The position numbers and the translations under genes were made by a program. From Candidatus Pacearchaeota archaeon (GTDB lineage: Archaea; Nanobdellota; Nanobdellia; Pacearchaeales; UBA284), in assembly GCA_026395795.1 (NCBI GenBank), contig JAPLYB010000041.1, positions 113 to 64,112 of the forward strand: 64,000 nucleotides of DNA. The letters run 5' to 3'. Every line of letters starts with the position of its first letter. Positions within the stretch are counted from its first letter, which is position 1. Below are positions 58,934 to 64,000 of the stretch, one piece after another. The notes beneath the pieces are model-generated. The model was given only the letters and a program-made list of their open reading frames with translations. It did not search any database and was not told the origin of the DNA.

Positions 58934-59536
58934 ATGGCTGAAATCAAGATATTAATTCAAGGATATGCAAGACCTGGAGAAGGGGAACAAGAAGGAGTTG
59001 AACTTGCTTCTTCAACTACGACTTTAATTAAAGAAGGAAAGTTGAACATAATTGTTGATCCTGGAATGAATCGAAAGATTTTACTTGAAGCTTTGAAGAA
59101 AGAAAAACTATCTCCTGAAAAAATTAATTATGTTGTTTTAACACACTATCATTTAGATCATTCTTTATTAACTGGAATATTTGAGAATGCAGTTGTGATT
59201 GACAATACAACCACTTATACGTTTAAAGGAGAGATAAAAGATCATGAAGGAAAGATTCCAGGAACAAATATAGACATAATAAAAACACCAGGGCACGATC
59301 AATTTCATTGTTCTTTGCTTGTTAACAGTAATGATCTTGGAAAAGTAGCAATTGTTGGGGATGTTTTTTGGTGGGCCGATGAAGAAGAACAAAAAACAGA
59401 TGAAAAAAGCTTGATGAATCATGAAGACCCCTACATGAAAAATGAAAAAGATCTAAAAGATAGTAGGAAGAAAATTCTTGCAATTGCGGATTATATTATT
59501 CCTGGACACGGAAAAATGTTCAAGGTGGAGAAATAA
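58934..59536 (+). CDS. metallo-beta-lactamase-fold hydrolase
   Basis: VVLTHYHLDHS (HxHxDH) and a later TPGHD. The track ORF starts at 58793 inside the upstream gene. The ATG at 58934 (MAEIKILIQGY) just after the upstream stop is the likelier start. Confidence 0.7.
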   Translation: MAEIKILIQGYARPGEGEQEGVELASSTTTLIKEGKLNIIVDPGMNRKILLEALKKEKLSPEKINYVVLTHYHLDHSLLTGIFENAVVIDNTTTYTFKGEIKDHEGKIPGTNIDIIKTPGHDQFHCSLLVNSNDLGKVAIVGDVFWWADEEEQKTDEKSLMNHEDPYMKNEKDLKDSRKKILAIADYIIPGHGKMFKVEK

Positions 59537-59551
59537 AAGATAAAAAATAAA

Positions 59552-60172
59552 ATGGAAATCTTAGTTTTTGGAGATAGTTTAACATATGGTGCATGGGATA
59601 AAGAAGGTGGCTGGGTTGCAAGACTAAGAAGGTTTATTGATGAGAAATATCCAGAACAACATTTTGTATATAATCTTGGAGTTCCTGGAGATACCTCAAA
59701 GCATCTAATTGAGAGGTTTGAACCAGAAGCTAAAATAAGAATTTTTGATAAAGATCCCATGGTTATTTTTCAGGTTGGAGCAAATGATTCTGCTATCCTT
59801 TCTTCAAAAAGAAATGCAGAGTGGATTTCTCCTAAAGATTTTGAAAGAAATATAAGAAGATTAATCTTTGAGGCAAGGAAGATCACAAACAAGATCTTCT
59901 TTGTTGGGCATGTTTTTGTGGATGAGAAGAAAACACGCCCTGTTTCTTGGGATAAAGATGTTAGCTATACTAATGAAAACATAAAGAAATATGGGGATAT
60001 AACCAAAGAGATTTGTTCCAAGGAAAATATTTCGTTTATCGATATCTTTCCTGATTTTAAGAAACAGGATTTCGGGCATTTACTGCAAGATGGAGTGCAT
60101 CCAACATCTGCTGGACATGAAGCTATTTTTAGGACTGTAAGAGACTTTCTTGTTAAAAATAAAGTAATCTAG
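59552..60172 (+). CDS. SGNH/GDSL hydrolase
   Basis: Block I ILVFGDSLTYG, block III GANDS and block V DGVHPTSAGH. Confidence 0.8.
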   Translation: MEILVFGDSLTYGAWDKEGGWVARLRRFIDEKYPEQHFVYNLGVPGDTSKHLIERFEPEAKIRIFDKDPMVIFQVGANDSAILSSKRNAEWISPKDFERNIRRLIFEARKITNKIFFVGHVFVDEKKTRPVSWDKDVSYTNENIKKYGDITKEICSKENISFIDIFPDFKKQDFGHLLQDGVHPTSAGHEAIFRTVRDFLVKNKVI

Positions 60173-60233
60173 AATTCTCTGATTTTCAAGGATATTTGAA
60201 TCTAGATTCAACTCCCATAAACTAAAAAGTGAG

Positions 60234-60312
60234 CGAGCCCGAGGGTGCTCAAAAATTAGGAAATTTTTGGCATCCCAAAAACTTGCGAGTTTTTTAGGAT
60301 ATTTGAACCCCC
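60234..60312. repeat. partial copy of the tRNA-Lys 3' portion, interrupted by two hairpin units
   Basis: CGAGCCCGAGGG (60234-45) and ATTTGAACCCCC (60301-12) are contiguous in the tRNA (60342-66). Here they are separated by ~55 nt made of two A-run/T-run hairpins. Confidence 0.5.
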
Positions 60313-60341
60313 ACAGGTTCAAACCCATCGGAAATTTCTTA

Positions 60342-60416
60342 CGAGCCCGAGGGGATTTGAACCCCCGACACCTAGCTTAAAAGGCTAGTACTCTAACCAG
60401 GCTGAGCTACGGGCTC
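60342..60416 (-). tRNA. tRNA-Lys(UUU)
   Basis: Minus strand: GAGCCCG-TA-GCTC-AGCCTGGTTA-GAGT-A-CTAGC-CTTTTAA-GCTAG-GTGTC-GGGGG-TTCAAAT-CCCCT-CGGGCTC-G. A complete cloverleaf of 75 nt with no intron and no encoded CCA. Confidence 0.9.
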
Positions 60417-60598
60417 ATGCTCAAAAACAATTGTTTTTGGCATGCCAAAAATGCAAAGCATTTTTCAGCACATGAAAACCAATGTTTTCAGGCGTCCTAA
60501 AAAACCTTCGTTTTTTGGGATGCAGAAAATCTTAAGATTTTCCAGCATGCAGAAAACATTTGCCTGTTTTCTAGCATACACTTAAACAAGATTACGAA
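60417..60598. repeat. array of six A-run/T-run hairpins with CATGC-type junctions (locus B)
   Basis: CAAAAACAATTGTTTTTG, AAAAATGC-aaa-GCATTTTT, GAAAAC-caat-GTTTTC, AAAAAAC-cttc-GTTTTTT, GAAAATCTTAAGATTTTC and AGAAAACA-tttgcc-TGTTTTCT. The junctions are catgc / agcacatg / aggcgtc / gatgc / agcatgc. Confidence 0.65.
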
Positions 60599-60630
60599 GC
60601 ATATTTAAATGTTATTTCTCTACGTTTTTT

Positions 60631-61455
60631 ATGGGTTGGAAAGAGGTGTTAAAAGTATTTATTGGAATTTTTTTGTTTGTATCCCTCCTAATTTTTGTGT
60701 TTAGTTTTTCTTTTTTTCAAATTACTTCTTATAACGTTCTAGAACCAAGATTTCACAGTCTTGTTCAACAAGGGATGACTGAACAACTCCAAAAGTTTAC
60801 TGCAGATGACTGGAATAAAGAAAAGGCAGGACTTATAAAAAATTGTACTGATAAAGAGCATGTTCACGTACCAACAATCGATAATTCAAACATAAAAGGT
60901 TTTGCTGGTTCAAATCTTCCAAAAGAAATTCAGATTAGTTGCATTAATATTTCGGATATAACAATAGGAGACCTCATGAGCATATCCTCTAAACAGATGT
61001 TTGATAGCATATACTATCAAAATTCCTCTTGTAACTTTTTACAATGTTTTTCTGATAAAAATAATTCTGAAAATGAACTTCTGCTTTTTGCTTCAAAAAA
61101 TGCGAATAATTTCTTTGCAGCCGTAAGTTTCATTTTAATTATAACTACATTATTTTTTATAGTTTTTATATTTCTTTTGAGCCAGCCAAAATACACCTCT
61201 TTTTACGAGTTTGCACCAGTCTTTATGGTTGCTGGGTTGCCATTCATACTCTTTGCTATTTTAAAGGCAAATGTTGTTAGCCTTTTTGGAAATTTTTCAA
61301 ATACTATCTTACCATTTATTAATTCATTTTTTATTAATTTTCTTGTTGTATTCTGTATAGGGGTTGTGTTTTTGATTCTTGCTATCATATTTGCAAGCAT
61401 ACATAAAGAAAGTAAGAAAAATGTTGAAGAAAGTGAAGAAAAAGTTAATAGATAA
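60631..61455 (+). CDS. membrane protein, hypothetical
   Basis: N-terminal TM, a Cys-containing ectodomain, three or four C-terminal TM helices and an acidic tail. Confidence 0.45.
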   Translation: MGWKEVLKVFIGIFLFVSLLIFVFSFSFFQITSYNVLEPRFHSLVQQGMTEQLQKFTADDWNKEKAGLIKNCTDKEHVHVPTIDNSNIKGFAGSNLPKEIQISCINISDITIGDLMSISSKQMFDSIYYQNSSCNFLQCFSDKNNSENELLLFASKNANNFFAAVSFILIITTLFFIVFIFLLSQPKYTSFYEFAPVFMVAGLPFILFAILKANVVSLFGNFSNTILPFINSFFINFLVVFCIGVVFLILAIIFASIHKESKKNVEESEEKVNR

Positions 61456-61539
61456 TAAGAAAGAGGGTTTTATTGATAATCAGAGACATTTCTTTGATAA
61501 GCTGATTAGTGATGCAGGATATTTTATAAATCGAATACC

Positions 61540-61689
61540 TTAAAGTTTTATTTTATGATCTTTGAGGTCTTTTGTATGCTGGTCCATGTCACCATTTCGT
61601 AAACAATCCCAACAAGTGTGTGTTGAGTGGTCTTTTTCATCTTTTACAATGCCTGTTCCGTGGCACTTTGGACAATTTTTGTTTGCCAT
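61540..61689 (-). CDS. possible 49-aa zinc-ribbon protein
   Basis: MANKNCPKCHGTGIVKDEKDHSTHTCWDCLRNGDMDQHTKDLKDHKIKL has CxxC...CxxC. Below the ORF-track cutoff; translated by hand. Confidence 0.4.
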   Translation of the reverse strand: MANKNCPKCHGTGIVKDEKDHSTHTCWDCLRNGDMDQHTKDLKDHKIKL

Positions 61690-61870
61690 TTTTACCTTTT
61701 TTATGATTTTATATGCTGTTTGTGTTTAAAAGGTTTGTTGTGTTAGATTGAATTGTTTTTATCCTTTAATTTAAACAAAAATCAGGGTTTCTTGAGCTTT
61801 CTTGATCCTAAGAGGACACCTTTCACAACCAACTTTTTTCTATTTTCCAAAAAAATGGCTTTGCTTGATA

Positions 61871-62593
61871 TTAGATAATAGACGTTAAGACTAATATCAT
61901 TATAATTGCAAGAGCCATTGCAATAATCACACCTTTTGAATTGTGTTCCATTGTCTCTGGAAGCAAAGTTGATGCTCCAATGTATAAAAACTCTCCCACG
62001 AAAATCGCTAGAAGAAGTGCTAGTGCAACTTGTGGAAGGACAATGATGTTTGTTAGAAGTATTCCAACAACAGGAGCAAGAGCATCTAAAAATAAGAATA
62101 AAGCAGCTTTCCTTGTTTTATGTTTATTCTTCAGCATTAATGTAACTGTATTTATCCCATCTGTGAAATCATGGAATATTACTGCAAAAGCCACAATTAT
62201 TCCTACACTTACATTAGCGTAGAATGCAGACCCTATTGCAACTCCATCCAAAAGGCTATGGATTATCAAACTTCCTGCTCCGACTGGCCCCATGATATGG
62301 CCATGTGTATCTTCCTTCTCTATATGGTGCGTGAGGAAGAAACGTTCTACTAAACTATAGAAGAAAAAAGAAGCAACAACTGCCAGCATGATATATTTTA
62401 TAGGAAAACCTATGTTTTGAGAAATTTGTAAGCTTTCAGGCAGTAAATCAAAGAATGAAACAGCTATCAAACTTCCTGCAGCAAATGCGAAGAAATAGGG
62501 AAGATATTTTTTAAATTTTATAATGACCAGCCCACCACATATTGTTGAAACAAACGTTGCTAATGCAAATATAATCACAAGGTCGTTCATCAA
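61871..62593 (-). CDS. ZIP-family metal (zinc) transporter, ZupT-like
   Basis: Eight-TM pattern with HSLLDGVAIG and HDFTDGI metal-binding motifs. Confidence 0.8.
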   Translation of the reverse strand: MMNDLVIIFALATFVSTICGGLVIIKFKKYLPYFFAFAAGSLIAVSFFDLLPESLQISQNIGFPIKYIMLAVVASFFFYSLVERFFLTHHIEKEDTHGHIMGPVGAGSLIIHSLLDGVAIGSAFYANVSVGIIVAFAVIFHDFTDGINTVTLMLKNKHKTRKAALFLFLDALAPVVGILLTNIIVLPQVALALLLAIFVGEFLYIGASTLLPETMEHNSKGVIIAMALAIIMILVLTSII

Positions 62594-62651
62594 AAAGTCT
62601 ATTAATTAATGTTTAAGTATTTTACTATAGTCAACGAATTAGATATTTCCT

Positions 62652-62882
62652 CATGCTAAAAAATCCCTTGAATTTTTGGCATGCTCAGAAACAAAAGTTT
62701 CTAGCACCCCAAAAAGCAAAGCTTTTTTAGGGTCACAAAAATGTGTTTATACATTTTTTATGATTTTGTCGTTGAGTATGCTTCAAAACATCTTGGTTTT
62801 GGGCACGCTAGGAAATCCGGGATTTCCTGCGTCCCAAAAAACTTCTGTTTTTTTAGGACGCCAAAAATCTGAAAGATTTTTG
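62652..62882. repeat. array of ~9 A-run/T-run hairpins with CATGC/CACGC junctions (locus C)
   Basis: Examples: TAAAAAATCccttGAATTTTTGG, CAGAAACaaaaGTTTCTAG, CCCAAAAAGCaaaGCTTTTTTAGGG, ACAAAAATGTgtttatACATTTTTTAT, TAGGAAATCCGGGATTTCCT, CCAAAAAACttctGTTTTTTTAGG, CCAAAAATCTgaaAGATTTTTG. Confidence 0.65.
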
Positions 62883-62935
62883 AACGTTTAGGGAAAGACT
62901 TATGTCTTTCACTATAGAGAAAAGGATTATGACAG

Positions 62936-63994
62936 CTAATCTACACAGACTCCAATCTTTCCAAACTCTTCATTTATCTCATTAATAATCTCCTTTTCAT
63001 TCCCATTTAAATTTTTAACTCTTTTTTGTTCTTGTGATTTTTCTTTCTTTAGACTATCAATTTCGAGAATTATGCTTGATGATTCAGAATATAATCTTTG
63101 CATTATCTGCCCATCTTTCTCATTTTGGATTTTGTTTTTCAATATCTCTTCTTTTTTGTTATTAATATTCTTTATAGCATCAGAAATCCTTTCAGTAGCT
63201 AATTGAGCTTCTTTTAACAAATCCCAAATTTCTTTTCCATCATCTTGTTGAAAATTTTTCTGAAAATTTTCTTTATATAGATTTACTATTTTCATTTTAT
63301 TCTCAAAAATATGAAAAAAAGCTCCAAGGGTTTTAAAATCAATAAGTTGCCTTAGGAGCTGAACATCTTTTTCTAAGTCTATTTCAAGAGATTTAACCTT
63401 CTCTAATCTTTTTAGATATTCTGAATATTCTGGATTTTTCTTGATTCTTTCAATTTCTTCAAGAATTTTTTTGCTGTGTTCTTCTTTAAAAATTATTTTT
63501 TGATCTATAGACGTGATAGATTGGTTAGTCTTATCAGTTTCTTCTTTAATTTTCTTAAATTGCTTAAGTTCTGATTCAATAAAATAGATTGTTTCAAAAG
63601 AAGTAGTAATCTCTTTGTTTTCCTTAAATAAAGTTATTAGTTCTTTGGAAAAGAGTGTTAATTCATTTTTTATGTCTTCCATTTCTTTTCCAATTAGAAT
63701 TGTAGTTCTTTCATAACTCAAATGTGAACTTCTGTTAAAGACTAAAAAGAGTGTGTCTATATTAAAAATAATTTTTTCAAGTTTATTCTCCTTCAAATTA
63801 TCTAAATTATTGATAAAAGATTCAATCAGATCAATATATTCCTTTCTTGCTTCTTTCACAACATATTTGAGTCTATCTTCAACTTTTTTTGATTCAACAT
63901 CAACCTTTCTTAGAATGTCTATTTTTTCCTTGATTCTGATGGTAAGAATGCGAATTCTATCTTTGATTAAAGCTAGTATTTCTTTTTCCCTCAT
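62936..63994 (-). CDS. coiled-coil protein, hypothetical
   Basis: 352-aa Glu/Lys/Ile-rich heptad-like sequence. No catalytic motif. Confidence 0.5.
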   Translation of the reverse strand: MREKEILALIKDRIRILTIRIKEKIDILRKVDVESKKVEDRLKYVVKEARKEYIDLIESFINNLDNLKENKLEKIIFNIDTLFLVFNRSSHLSYERTTILIGKEMEDIKNELTLFSKELITLFKENKEITTSFETIYFIESELKQFKKIKEETDKTNQSITSIDQKIIFKEEHSKKILEEIERIKKNPEYSEYLKRLEKVKSLEIDLEKDVQLLRQLIDFKTLGAFFHIFENKMKIVNLYKENFQKNFQQDDGKEIWDLLKEAQLATERISDAIKNINNKKEEILKNKIQNEKDGQIMQRLYSESSSIILEIDSLKKEKSQEQKRVKNLNGNEKEIINEINEEFGKIGVCVD

Positions 63995-64000
63995 TCCCAG

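Noticed and set aside
60080-60328. 82-aa ORF downstream of tRNA-Lys, and the 71-aa ORF 62676-62891
   Set aside because: Both are read-throughs of the hairpin arrays. Their peptides are repetitive (PKSKAFLG...) and mirror the palindromic DNA, so they are not coding.
60417-60598. Hairpin arrays considered as a CRISPR array
   Set aside because: There is no conserved 24-40-nt direct repeat alternating with unique spacers. The units are individually palindromic and differ in sequence, only 5-7-nt junctions recur, and no cas genes are nearby.

Overview
AT-rich archaeal window. Archaeal markers are GatE, an aCPSF1/FttA beta-CASP RNase, proteasome beta, an archaeal/eukaryal-type TrpRS, a presenilin-like protease, and a tRNA-Tyr with C1-G72 and introns. 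The small, streamlined housekeeping genes suggest a DPANN-type lineage; that placement is inference. Housekeeping genes occupy 3-9 kb and 47-64 kb. The centre (9-46.5 kb, almost all on the minus strand) is an accessory island. It holds a complete diversity-generating retroelement: Avd 32730-33062, TR 32572-32692 and RT 31296-32384. Its VR (35842-35962) is the last 40 codons of a 1762-aa beta-helix surface protein with an FGE-sulfatase/C-type-lectin-like C-terminus. By hand alignment TR and VR differ at 15 of 121 positions, and 13 of those are TR adenines. The VR lies 3.1 kb from the TR, separated by three unrelated genes. The island also holds a 4613-aa surface protein whose cytoplasmic C-terminus is a HerA/FtsK-like P-loop ATPase, and a 1101-aa surface protein. 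Other content is three wHTH-nucleotidyltransferase genes (two with adjacent HEPN partners), Fic and Zn-ribbon-Doc proteins, three COG1373-type ATPases (two of them a ~1.35-kb near-identical direct repeat) and two AlbA_2-type regulators. Other notable items are a 505-aa LAGLIDADG intein splitting the HxHxDH motif of aCPSF1, a tRNA-Tyr with two apparent introns next to a free-standing LAGLIDADG gene, a palindrome-bearing junction element repeated upstream of three DGR-region genes, and arrays of heterogeneous A-run/T-run hairpins with CATGC junctions at three intergenic loci. All calls come from reading the sequence and ORF translations; no database or HMM searches were possible.
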